In this document: positions 22,189-32,290 of the stretch, piece after piece
Numbering within the stretch: position 1 is the first letter of the stretch
Layout of the letters: the number at the start of each line of letters is the position of its first letter
Assembly: GCA_025558095.1 (NCBI GenBank)
Contig: JAIVFI010000026.1
Coordinates: forward strand, 1-64,000
Reading direction: 5' to 3'
Length of the DNA: 64,000 nt
From: Hyaloraphidium curvatum SAG 235-1
Lineage: Eukaryota; Fungi; Monoblepharomycota
The notes under the pieces: generated by a model
Databases searched by the model: none
Seen by the model: only the letters and a program-made list of their open reading frames with translations
Told to the model about the DNA's origin: nothing
Position numbers and translations under genes: made by a program

Positions 22189-24135
22189 ATGGCGCCCTGC
22201 AAGACGTGCGTCAAGGCGAAGCGCAAGTGCGAGTACGAGTCGGAGGCCGCTCCCGCGTGCGTGCGGTGCTCCCGGCTCGGCCGCTTCCCCTGCGAGCCGT
22301 CTTCACCGCCGCCTGCCGGGGAGCCCACGCCCGCGGAGCCGGGGGCCGCTCCGGCGCCCGCTCCCCGCCCGAAATCGACCAAGCGACAAACAAAGGCCTC
22401 CGACGCCCGCGTTGCGGTGCCGGATGGGGCAAAGGGGCCGGTTGCCGGCGCCGGGGACAGCACGCGTCCGGCGGCGCCGCTTCCGACCGGTCCCGCGCCT
22501 GCGGCCCACGTCGACCGCGGCATCGCCGAGCCTGTTGCCGTGCCGCCGGAAACAATGTTTGCCTGCATGGCGGCGTGGTGGGCCGTCGGGAACCAGTGCG
22601 TCGCGCTGGTCCACCGGGATTCGTTCGAAAGGGCCTTTGCCGGCGCAGACGCCCCGTCACCGATCTACGGTGGCAAGCCGGCCGCCCTCCTGTCGGCCGC
22701 CGCAGCGGAGGGCGTCATGATCGCGGCCCTGTCCGACATCGCGCTGGCCGAGCGGCTCTCTTTGGGAGGCGTCCTCTCCCGGCGCGCCAGGGACCTGCTC
22801 TTCGCCGGCTACTTTGACCGCAGCCCGGGGAGCCGGGCCATGACGGACCTCGAAGCCGCCCAGACCTGCGTCATCCTGGCCCGCAACCTGGTCGGCAGCC
22901 ACCGCGGCCCCGAGGCCGGCGTCCTCCTGGACCGGGCCCTCGCGATCCTGGGCTCCAGCATCGGGCCGTGGGGAGAGTCCGCGGCGGCGGAGCACGACCC
23001 GAAGGACAAGGACGAGTGGGTACGGCAGGAGTGCCTGCTGCGCGTGAGGACCAACGCCGTGTTTGCCAAGCTAGCCCTGATCCTGCACAGCGGCGGGGAC
23101 CGGCCGCCTTTGTCGGCACGGGTGGCGTTACCCTGCCACGAGGTTTACTTTTCCATGGGCTCGGCTGAGGAAGCCTTTGCTCTGCTGCGGGCTCGGCGGC
23201 GGGGTGCACTGCGCCGCGTCGTCGACCAGACACCGTTCCTGGCGTATCTGCCGGACCCGGACGCCTGCGCCGGTGCCGTGGCCTCCTTCGTTTCCCCGAT
23301 CTTTGACTTTTCGACGAGCCGCTTCTCCGTCATCTGGCTCTTTATTGTCCTGATCGGGCTCGTTCGGAGGACGCGCGATATCGAGGCCGAAGCTTCCCTG
23401 GACCTGGCCCGCCTCGCCGCCCAGGATCCCCGCGATGACTCCCCCGCCGAGCTCGCCTACAGGACCTTTGCCCTCGCGCTGGACAGGACCCTGCGCGCGA
23501 TCGTCGACGCGCTGCCCCCTCCCGTCGGCGCCTCACTCTCGGACGGCGACCCCGGCCCGCTGCTCTCGCTTCAAAACACCTACCCCTCCGCACCGCAGCA
23601 GAACCACGCCCTCCTGAGCATGCTCATCTCCCTGTACGCCCTCCCCACCTACACCTGGCTCGGCCCGCGCCCGGACCCCGCCGTCTTCGGCGCGCCCCCC
23701 CTCCTCGCGCTGCTGGAACACGCCCTGCTCGCGACCTCGCTCATGCGCGCCCAGATGGACCGCCGGGGCATCCCCTGGGCGCACCTGTCGGCCGTGGGGT
23801 CGTCGCTCAAGGTCTGCGGGCTGTGGATCGCCGTCGCGGGCGCCTCCGCCGGCGAGCAGAGGGAGCTCTCGCTGGCCGACGCCAGGACCGCGGCGCGGTA
23901 CTTCCTCGGCGCCGGGTCCGCGTTCCCGGGCGCCGTGGGACAGATGTTCCCGCGCATCGAGGGGATGTTCGACGGCGCGGGGCTGGCCTTCAGTGACCGG
24001 GAGGCGGCGGGGGGGGCGCCGAAGGCCGCGTTCGGGGAGATCGTACACGCGCCCGAAACGGCACTGCGGGATCTGTACGTCGTGGGGATCGCGGGCGAGA
24101 TGCCCGAGGCGGAGGCGGTGGTGGCGGCGAAGTAG
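22189..24135 (+). CDS. Zn(II)2Cys6 fungal transcription factor
   Basis: CKTCVKAKRKC...CVRCSRLGRFPC cluster plus middle homology region. Confidence 0.9.
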   Translation: MAPCKTCVKAKRKCEYESEAAPACVRCSRLGRFPCEPSSPPPAGEPTPAEPGAAPAPAPRPKSTKRQTKASDARVAVPDGAKGPVAGAGDSTRPAAPLPTGPAPAAHVDRGIAEPVAVPPETMFACMAAWWAVGNQCVALVHRDSFERAFAGADAPSPIYGGKPAALLSAAAAEGVMIAALSDIALAERLSLGGVLSRRARDLLFAGYFDRSPGSRAMTDLEAAQTCVILARNLVGSHRGPEAGVLLDRALAILGSSIGPWGESAAAEHDPKDKDEWVRQECLLRVRTNAVFAKLALILHSGGDRPPLSARVALPCHEVYFSMGSAEEAFALLRARRRGALRRVVDQTPFLAYLPDPDACAGAVASFVSPIFDFSTSRFSVIWLFIVLIGLVRRTRDIEAEASLDLARLAAQDPRDDSPAELAYRTFALALDRTLRAIVDALPPPVGASLSDGDPGPLLSLQNTYPSAPQQNHALLSMLISLYALPTYTWLGPRPDPAVFGAPPLLALLEHALLATSLMRAQMDRRGIPWAHLSAVGSSLKVCGLWIAVAGASAGEQRELSLADARTAARYFLGAGSAFPGAVGQMFPRIEGMFDGAGLAFSDREAAGGAPKAAFGEIVHAPETALRDLYVVGIAGEMPEAEAVVAAK

Positions 24136-24211
24136 TCACCTGGCGTTTCAGGTGCAACACGATTGATACTTACGAAGCCACCACTACACGTCAAGGCACG
24201 AAGGTCTCCGC

Positions 24212-27025
24212 TTACCCCGCCCCCACCCCCTTGGTTTCGAGCACAGCCACCGCTTCTTCGGCACCTGCCATCGGCCATGCGCCGGCCCAACCCCCGCCGC
24301 CGCCCAGCTCCGCCACCGTCGCCTCCCTCCCCCACACCCTCTTGACGAGCTCCTCGACGACGTCCAGCTCCGCGAGCGTCATCCGCAGCGCAGCTTCGCC
24401 GCCCGCGACCGGCAGCGTCGTTGCGGGGAGCGGATCGGCGGCTGCTCGGGAAAGCATAGGCAAGCGCGGGAGCGGCTTGGCCGTGACGAGGGCCATCGCC
24501 ACGCTGTGCAGCTTCCACACAACCAGGTCCGCCAGCGCGCCGTAGCGCCTCGGCGGCTCCGACGACACGCGGCGGGCGTCGGCGAGGACGCCGGCGAGGA
24601 GCAGCAGCCTCTGCGATGCCGCGACGAGGCCGCGGGTCACGGGGAGGGAGAAAGGGCGGTCCAGGTTGGGTTCGCCCGCGGATTCGGCCAGCGGGCCCAG
24701 GCGGAGGGCTGTCAGCCGGGTCTGCAGCGCGTCGAGCTCCGAACGCAGCAACGCGGGGTCGCGGCCGGCCTGCAGGCCCCTGAACGCCCGGCCGAGACCG
24801 TACAGGAAGTTCCCGAGCCCGACGCGGACCTCCGTCGCAGCGAGGGTGGGGAAGCAGGCGATCTGGAGGAACATGGCGCCCGCCGCGGCTGCAAGTACCC
24901 AGCAAGTCCGCTCCCATGCGAACTGCGGGGCCTTGGCGGGGTCGCCCGAAAGCGCCACGGCGACGTATGCAAACGCGGCCATCCGGCTGGCATAGGGTCG
25001 CGGGAAAGTGCAGATGCCGTAGAAAAGGAGCACGGAGAGGGGGGCGTACATGGGCAGCGCGACGCGGAGGTAGTCTTCGGCGGTCGTGGCCGGAGTCGGA
25101 GCCGCGGCGAGGTAGGTAAAGTAGGCCCACAGCGCAGCGAAAGCCGTGGCGAGCAGCCTGAAGAGGGACTTGGCAACACCGGCGCCGATCGTGGGGGTCA
25201 TCAGGGCCAGCACCGACATGAGCATCCAGAACACGTGGTGACCTTTGAAGAACGTCGCGTACTCCGGCAGAAACGCCCAAACCGAGATCAGGAAGAAAGC
25301 AAGGGCCCGCTTGAAACCGAAGCGGGCTGCATCCGAGGCCATGGCGTTTTGGAACGCGTAGAGCGCGGAGAAGAAGATGCGCACGGGCGGCCAGGGCGCG
25401 GGGTCATTGTGCGGTTGCGCCGCGTAGGGATCGGGCAGAGGTCTTTGCTTCTGTTTTCTCGCCGGCTTGCCGGGGTTGCCAAACAGGTAGAAGCGGTAGC
25501 CCTTGGTGCGGGTCGCCACCAGGTCCATCGCCGAGTCAACGAGCTCCGCTGCTGCGTCCACCGCCATAGCCGTGACGAAACGGTCCAGATCCGCCGGAGA
25601 GTCGCCGCCGAGGGGCGTGCAGCAGGCGAGTGCGGCCTTCTCCTTGGCCAGTTCGTCCGTAGCTCGGTTCAGCAGCTCGGCAGGGTCGATGCTGGGATGC
25701 AGGCGGGGCTCACGGACATAATTCCAGAACGCCGGGTCCCACGGCGGTCGCTCATCGATGACGAGCGCCTCGTGGACGGCTTGCAGCGCCGTGGGTACGG
25801 CTGAAGGGTTCGCACCCGACGCCATGTAGGATCCGGTTCGGAGCGAAGGCGAGTGTCTGGCAAGCGCCCTGATCCTCTCGGCCACGGCGGCAATCCGTGT
25901 GGGCGAGTCCCGGAGGAAGTGCGTATCGGCGAGACAACCTCTGACGTCGGCTTCGAGGGAGGCGAGGTCGTTGCGCATGCGGGTGAGGAGAAAGGTGCGG
26001 TGGGTTTCCGGGTCGCGTGGCGGAGAAAGAGCCGGCTGCGTTGAGGGGGTCTGAAGGACAAAGACATCCCGCAGCGAACCGACGGCGAAAACGGCCGACT
26101 CGCGGGTCGCCTCAGTGCTGCTCTCCGGCAGGACGAACATCGCGACCGCCACGCAAAAGGCCCACGAAATGGCAAAGGGCACGAAGAGAAAGTCAAACAT
26201 GAACTTGACCGGGACCTCCCTGACCTCGGTGATCCCGAGGCCCAAGTCGCCGAGGAGCGCGACTACGATGATTACGAAAAAAGCGAGGCCGCTGGCCGCG
26301 GTGCTGGAGTAGGCAAACTGGATCGACGAGCAGACCCAGGTGATGCTGCAGATCCACGAGACGAATATCAGGGCGCGGACGTACGGGTCCGTCCCGCCCG
26401 CGGTGTTGTACAGCACGGCCCAGAGCAGTCCTAGGTAGGCGCACACCAGGCCGACCACAAGACCCAGCATACCGGCAACTGCACTGATCAACATCCTGAG
26501 CGGCGGTCCGGACGGCAGGACGATTGGGCCCAGGAACGCAAAAACGATGAAGTTGGCGCGCATGTCCGCCGGCCCCAGGAAGCCGAGCAGCACCAGCGCC
26601 CACGCGGTAAGCAGCCCCTTGGACCACCGCGCGAGCTGCACCTTCCGCGGGCGCGCGAAGTGGCGGCGGAGGGCGCGGCGCCATGGCGGCAGAGCGGGGT
26701 CGCCGTCGGCCCACCGCGCCAACGGGGGAACCGTGCGGAGCGCCGCGGCCAGGGCGACCACCGCGTCGGCGTCCGCGGCGACGTGCTCAGAGGCCGCCTG
26801 CTCGTCGCCGTCCATCGTGGCGGGTGGCGGTTGTGACCGGGAAGGAGGTTGGGGACCGCCCGATCCCTCATTGTCGCCGCGTCCCGACATCCCCTCGGCG
26901 GCAAAACCTGTGCGATTTATCACTCGTCCCCGCCAGTCACTCCAGCTTTCGGCGTCTTGTGGTGATCCCCTCGTCGGAGTCACTGCGGGCCGCGATCCAA
27001 GACGGGAACGGGATGCTGGAGCCAT
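24212..27025 (-). CDS. FUSC/ArAE (aromatic acid exporter, ALMT-like) membrane protein; start uncertain
   Basis: Two TM blocks; RFGFKRA, W....V..LMTPTIGA...SLFRLLAT, AWERT motifs. Confidence 0.8.
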   Translation of the reverse strand: MAPASRSRLGSRPAVTPTRGSPQDAESWSDWRGRVINRTGFAAEGMSGRGDNEGSGGPQPPSRSQPPPATMDGDEQAASEHVAADADAVVALAAALRTVPPLARWADGDPALPPWRRALRRHFARPRKVQLARWSKGLLTAWALVLLGFLGPADMRANFIVFAFLGPIVLPSGPPLRMLISAVAGMLGLVVGLVCAYLGLLWAVLYNTAGGTDPYVRALIFVSWICSITWVCSSIQFAYSSTAASGLAFFVIIVVALLGDLGLGITEVREVPVKFMFDFLFVPFAISWAFCVAVAMFVLPESSTEATRESAVFAVGSLRDVFVLQTPSTQPALSPPRDPETHRTFLLTRMRNDLASLEADVRGCLADTHFLRDSPTRIAAVAERIRALARHSPSLRTGSYMASGANPSAVPTALQAVHEALVIDERPPWDPAFWNYVREPRLHPSIDPAELLNRATDELAKEKAALACCTPLGGDSPADLDRFVTAMAVDAAAELVDSAMDLVATRTKGYRFYLFGNPGKPARKQKQRPLPDPYAAQPHNDPAPWPPVRIFFSALYAFQNAMASDAARFGFKRALAFFLISVWAFLPEYATFFKGHHVFWMLMSVLALMTPTIGAGVAKSLFRLLATAFAALWAYFTYLAAAPTPATTAEDYLRVALPMYAPLSVLLFYGICTFPRPYASRMAAFAYVAVALSGDPAKAPQFAWERTCWVLAAAAGAMFLQIACFPTLAATEVRVGLGNFLYGLGRAFRGLQAGRDPALLRSELDALQTRLTALRLGPLAESAGEPNLDRPFSLPVTRGLVAASQRLLLLAGVLADARRVSSEPPRRYGALADLVVWKLHSVAMALVTAKPLPRLPMLSRAAADPLPATTLPVAGGEAALRMTLAELDVVEELVKRVWGREATVAELGGGGGWAGAWPMAGAEEAVAVLETKGVGAG

Positions 27026-27587
27026 GGCAATTCACCAAGTACGCGACATCTACCACGTCCACCACTTCCTGATACCATAAGTGCTGCTGGATGGAGATCT
27101 TTATCCTCGTTGGTCGCCATGTTGACGACCATGGTGAAGGGCGAGGACGGGCTCTTTGTACGCCTGGATGGCTACTTTGCGCTGGAAAGTCGTGCAGTTC
27201 GCCAACCGGTCTGCGCGGGCTGAAGCAGTCCGCCCCAACAGCAGACGGTGAAACGCCATCGAGTGAGCGCGGCGGGACCTCTAGGCGGCGCACGAAAGAG
27301 TGAGCACATGTAGTAGTAGCGCATAGAGCAGGAGGAACATTGGCGAGCGGTTATTGAGCCGGATCCGATCTCTATCGCAGGCGCTGAGCGCCCTCGAACC
27401 CCGATCATGAACAGCTTGGTTGGCCGAAGGATCGGGTTCCCGCCGTCCACGGCGGCTGGCAGAGCGGCCGTTGAGGTGAATAGTTGGGTGTAGGGCACGG
27501 CTCTCTGGCTCTACGAGATAGCAGGGTACCTTTCGAGGGGCGGGGCTTCGCTTTTCGTGTAGAGATCAAGTTCGTGGGCCGCGCACG

Positions 27588-29060
27588 TCATCCGGCCAGT
27601 CCCCACTCCCTGTTCTTGGCCCTCGTCAGCTCGTCCTCCAGCAGCACTTTCTTCCGCACCAGCTCCCCCCTCTCCTTCGGATCCGCATCGAAGATCGCCG
27701 CCCGGAGCCCCTCCAGCTCCGCCTCGATCCTCTCGGCATCGCTGTCGCCCGCCGGCGGCGGTCGGCTGGGGGACCTCGGGGCGGCCGGGGAGGGGGAGGG
27801 CAGGGTGAGTGGACCGAGATCCGCGACGGCGTCGAGGAGCCAGTTCCGTTTTGGGGGAGGCGCGGGATGCGAGGCGACCCGGGGCGGAGACGGTGGAGGG
27901 GATGGGGATCGGGGCCTGGGCAATCGGGGCCGGGGAGGGGGGCAGGGGGCGATCTCCAGGAAGCCGTCGTCGGTCTCTTCAAAGACGGCGAGGAGGGGGC
28001 GGGGGGTTGAAGGGGAGTAACGGGGACGGCGGGGAGGCGCGGATGAAGAGGGCAGCGGTACGGTGGAGGGGTCGCGCGGCGGTTCTGGCGACAGCTCCCG
28101 GAGATCCGGCGATCGCGGGCTCGCCAGGGGCGAGCTCCTCGCCGTCTCAAAAACGGGCGACCGCACCTCGTCGCTCGGAGTGTCGACGTAGATGACCGGG
28201 GCCGTGTCGATGCGCAGATCGCGCGCCCGGAGGGAGCGCGCCGGTCGCTGTAGCGCCCGCGAGTCCGGCGAGAGATCGAGCGGCCCGCTCCTTGACCGTA
28301 CAAGGTGAGGACGCGGCGGGCTTTCCAAGGTCTGCTGGATGGCTGTGCCAAACAGGCGCCCGGGGCCGGCGCTCGCGAGAGAAAGGCGGCGCGGAGGGGA
28401 TGCGAAAGCCTCGGCCCCCCGTTGCCAGTCATCCGGCACGACAGGTCCAGGAGCAGCTGTTGCGTTTATCGGGGGCCTCTGGGGAGGGGATTGTGGGGCG
28501 CGCAGATCTTGGAAGGAAAGCGGCGGCGGCGCTGCAGAGTCCAGCTGCGTCCAGGGGCGTGCCGTGGACCGTCCGGGAGACTTGGACCGCCTCCGTTCTC
28601 CCCGGTTGGAGGTGCGCGGAAGTAAAAGCGGCGGAGAACGTCGAACGTCCCCACGGAACTCCGGTGCCGAGCGCGGCCCCCGATCCACGTCCTCCCCATG
28701 GCACCATTCTTCCGGAGGCGTCCGTTCCCCCCAGCGCTCCCAGCTCCCATCACGACGCCTCGGCGACCTGCTCCTGGGCCTTCGCGGCGGGCTCGGCGGT
28801 CTTTCCCACACCCGTCGCGGCGGCGAAGGAGGCACCGGGGGAGGAGGGGGTTGCCACCTCCAGTCGTCGAAGCGTCCGGCCGGGCCGGGGAAGCTCCATC
28901 TCGGGCCGGGGAACGGGAAGCCGGCCGGCTCGCGCGGGCGGCTGCGTGCGGGCTCGTCCCCAAACCGATGGCCGTCGGGCTGAAAGCGACGCTGGCGGAC
29001 GTCCTCGTCGGGGTCGCGACCGCAATCCCGGCTCTGCGAGCGGCGACGGGGCCGGGACAT
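27588..29060 (-). CDS. Pro/Arg/Ser-rich low-complexity hypothetical protein with C-terminal coiled coil
   Basis: 490-aa ORF from ATG; helical end AERIEAELEGLRAAIF...LEDELTR. Confidence 0.5.
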   Translation of the reverse strand: MSRPRRRSQSRDCGRDPDEDVRQRRFQPDGHRFGDEPARSRPREPAGFPFPGPRWSFPGPAGRFDDWRWQPPPPPVPPSPPRRVWERPPSPPRRPRSRSPRRRDGSWERWGERTPPEEWCHGEDVDRGPRSAPEFRGDVRRSPPLLLPRTSNRGERRRSKSPGRSTARPWTQLDSAAPPPLSFQDLRAPQSPPQRPPINATAAPGPVVPDDWQRGAEAFASPPRRLSLASAGPGRLFGTAIQQTLESPPRPHLVRSRSGPLDLSPDSRALQRPARSLRARDLRIDTAPVIYVDTPSDEVRSPVFETARSSPLASPRSPDLRELSPEPPRDPSTVPLPSSSAPPRRPRYSPSTPRPLLAVFEETDDGFLEIAPCPPPRPRLPRPRSPSPPPSPPRVASHPAPPPKRNWLLDAVADLGPLTLPSPSPAAPRSPSRPPPAGDSDAERIEAELEGLRAAIFDADPKERGELVRKKVLLEDELTRAKNREWGLAG

Positions 29061-29652
29061 TGTTCGCCGCGCCGTGATCGATGAGCTGGCGGTCTGCTCC
29101 GGCCTCCGAACACCTGCAAGCGCGCACGAAACGGGAACTTGTCACAACACTACAACCAGAGATTTCTTCCCCTGGCTCTTTCTTGTCGCAGTGAACGTGC
29201 TTACCCTGCGGGATCAGCCCAGACAGCTTGCGGCTTTCGCGCCGGCCGGAGGCCGGAGCTGTCCAGGACGTGTCTGGCGGATCGCCTTCCTGACCTTCAA
29301 AACGACTAGAATACCATCCTACCAGCCTCATCGTCTCGATCGCAGCCCCAGAGAGCGGCCCGGGGAACCCTTTCACACAGTGCCCTGCAGGACCCGCACG
29401 TGATGGACAGTACGGACGAATCACTCCTTGTCACCGGCTTCCTTGTCTTTTTCGATACCCTGGAAGCCACGGACTCTGTGCGTGCCTCCGCCGCGTGGAA
29501 TCGGCGCTTTGAGAGTGTGATCGGCGCCTGCGGGGGTTCGGGTTGGCCGCGCGGCGGGCGGCTGCTTTTCCCCGCCCGCGAACCCCCGCGCGGGCCACCG
29601 AGACACCCGTGCCGTCCGCCGCCAGCTGGCCCACCGCATCGGCCCGGACGGA

Positions 29653-31170
29653 ATGTCCGCGGACGACGCGCCGGCCGCGCCGGCGGGCGGGGCGGAATCG
29701 CCGCACCACCGGGGGCTGCTCGACCTCGTCGACCTCTCGCCCATGACGGCGCTCCGCTGGGCGCTGTGGTTCCTCGCCGCTGCCGGAACGCTCCTCAACG
29801 GCTTCTCGCTGCTGCTCCTCGGCGTGGCTCTGCCGCTTGCCGTGCAGGCCTTCGGCCTCGACTCGGCCATCGTTGGCATCGTCGGCGCTGCGCTTGTCTT
29901 TGGCTCGGTGCCTGGATCCCTAGCCGGGGGCAGGCTCGCGGACCACTTCGGCCGCAAGCCGCTGCTCATCGCCGACCTGGCCGTCGTCACCCTTGGCGCC
30001 CTCCTGAGCGCGCTGGCCAACGGCTCGGCGCTGCTGATCGTCGGGCAGCTTGTCGTGGGGTTCGGGATCGGCATGGACTTCCCCGTCGGCAGCTCGTACA
30101 TTGCCGAGACGGTGCCGAGCCGCGTCAGGCCGAGGCTGGTGGTCGCCAGCATCGCGCTGCAGTCCGTGGGGATGGTGCTCGGCGCCGCGTTCGGGCTGCT
30201 GCTCGTTTCCAGCATCGACAAGATATCGGCGTGGCGCTGGCTCATGGGGATGCTGGGAATGTCGTCGGTGGTGTTTGCTCTGGCCCGGCTGGCGGCGCCG
30301 GAGAGCCCGAGATGGCTCATGCTCAAGGGCCGCTCCGCCGATGCCGCGAGATCCATCGCGCGGCTGGCGCCCAAGCAGGCGGACGAGGCGAAGTCGCTCG
30401 CCGATCTCGCGGGCAACGAACCACATGTGGTCGCGGGGCAGACCGCGGGCGGCGGGATCGCCGGCCTCTTTGCCAAGCAATGGCTGCGCCGAACGCTCCT
30501 GGTCTCGCTCCCTTGGTTGCTCATGGACATCGCCACCTACGGCGTCGCCCTCTTCACCCCGATCATGATCGGCGCCATGTCAGACAACACGGCCAACGTG
30601 GGCCCCCTGGGGCAGGACGTGGCTGACGCGCGCTCGACAACCTGGGTCGACATCTCCCTCGTCGTCGGCGCCCTGCTGAGCATCTTCCTCGTCCCGTGGC
30701 TCGGCCACCTCCCCATGCAGGAGATCGGCTTCGTTGGGATGACCGCGGGCATGCTCGTCATGGCGATCATGTCCTTCCTCCCCGGTGGCTCCTCGGCCCA
30801 CATCGGCGTTTCCCTCGCCGCCCTGGTGATCTACAACCTTTTCATGAACGCCGGGCCCAACGCGACGACCTACGCGTTGGCACCGGAGATCTTCCCGACC
30901 CAGCTGCGGGGATCGGCGTCGGGGTTCGCGAGCAGCATGGCCAAGGTGGGGGCGACGATCGGCGCCGCCGCTTTGCCGCCGCTGCAGTCGGCCGCGGGGC
31001 CGGGGGTGGTGCTGGCGATCATGGCGGGGGTGAGCTTGGCGGGGCTGCTGGCGACGTGGCTGCTCGCGAGGGGGGTCAAGATCGCCGGGGGTTCGTTGGA
31101 GGAGCGGCATCGCAAGGAGGCGGGAATGGAGGGCTCGAATGGCAAGGCGGATGGCGAGGCTTCGGCTTGA
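29653..31170 (+). CDS. MFS transporter (sugar/phosphate porter-like)
   Basis: GRLADHFGRK, PESPRWL, NAGPNATT, EIFPTQLRG; ~12 TMs; intronless. Confidence 0.93.
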   Translation: MSADDAPAAPAGGAESPHHRGLLDLVDLSPMTALRWALWFLAAAGTLLNGFSLLLLGVALPLAVQAFGLDSAIVGIVGAALVFGSVPGSLAGGRLADHFGRKPLLIADLAVVTLGALLSALANGSALLIVGQLVVGFGIGMDFPVGSSYIAETVPSRVRPRLVVASIALQSVGMVLGAAFGLLLVSSIDKISAWRWLMGMLGMSSVVFALARLAAPESPRWLMLKGRSADAARSIARLAPKQADEAKSLADLAGNEPHVVAGQTAGGGIAGLFAKQWLRRTLLVSLPWLLMDIATYGVALFTPIMIGAMSDNTANVGPLGQDVADARSTTWVDISLVVGALLSIFLVPWLGHLPMQEIGFVGMTAGMLVMAIMSFLPGGSSAHIGVSLAALVIYNLFMNAGPNATTYALAPEIFPTQLRGSASGFASSMAKVGATIGAAALPPLQSAAGPGVVLAIMAGVSLAGLLATWLLARGVKIAGGSLEERHRKEAGMEGSNGKADGEASA

Positions 31171-31409
31171 CGGCGCGGGGCTCGAACGAGGGCCGCGAGC
31201 AGCTAGACAATCCATGTAGGACAAGAACTGAGGCGCGCAGTGTAGATGAGATGTAGCCGACTCATGTAATGTAACCTAACAAAAACGGCAAAGTCACGCG
31301 AGACCAGCTGGCATTCAGAAAACAATTTGTGTGCGTAAGGACGGCTGGGCGGCGGACACCTCGCCATGAGCTGTCGGTCAACACCACGAATCCCAGCACC
31401 GTACACAAT

Positions 31410-32290
31410 ATGGAGGTTCTGGCCGCGAAAAACTCGCAGACGCTTCCTCCTGAGCTCCTTCTGCTCCTTCTGCTCGTGATGGAAGTGCTCGAGCGGCGGG
31501 ACTGGCGCCGCACGTTGACGGCTTTCGCGCGGGCGGCCCGGACCTGCTCGGAACTCGCCCGGCCGCTGGTCTGGCGGAAGGTGACCTCAACGAGCGAAAC
31601 ATAAGCTGTTTCCAGGACGATTTGATGCCCTCGGTTTGGGACCGCGCCCTCGGCTGCGTCCGCGAGCTCTCGATCATCTTCTCGACGACGTGGCCGGCCG
31701 CGGCCTCGAACGAGTCGTGCTTGGGAGTCCTGTCGGCGCCAGTACGGACCATGGGAAGGCTTGAGCGTTTGAGCGTCGAGGTGGCTACCGGAGCGGCCTG
31801 CTCTCCTTCCTCTTTGAAGCCGCACACAGCATGACCGTCGGGACCATCTCCATGTCGAACACCGAGTATCATCTTCTCGTCACCGTACTCTATGACCGGG
31901 TGTTCTTGCCGGAAGAGGTATCCTTGAGCTGCGGAACGTCGTGATATATCTTCTAGGGCGCATCCGGGTGTCGAGGCTGTTTTCGAACTACGAGACCTTG
32001 GGTCCGATCCGCTGGAAGCGTCACGTTCGGCTCATGGAAGAGAGGCGCCCTGGACCTTGGAGAAGCAAAGGGCATTTTGGAAGTCGGTTGCGGGTGCTTT
32101 CGTCGTTGAATGAAGCAGCAGCGCGCGGATCGGATCTGGACGTCTTTCTGTCATCTTTGGACACGAGCATGCGAATGGAGCTGATCCCGCCTCTGATCTT
32201 GGCTGCCGTGTGCCTCGGTCCGGGGGTGCCTTGGACGCGGAGTTCGCCGCCGAATCCGCGACCAACCGCTCACCCCGAATTGGCCTGGCA
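31410..32290 (+). pseudogene. Degenerate F-box/LRR-like gene
   Basis: LPPELLL...LARPLVWRKV followed by stops and frame changes. Confidence 0.5.
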
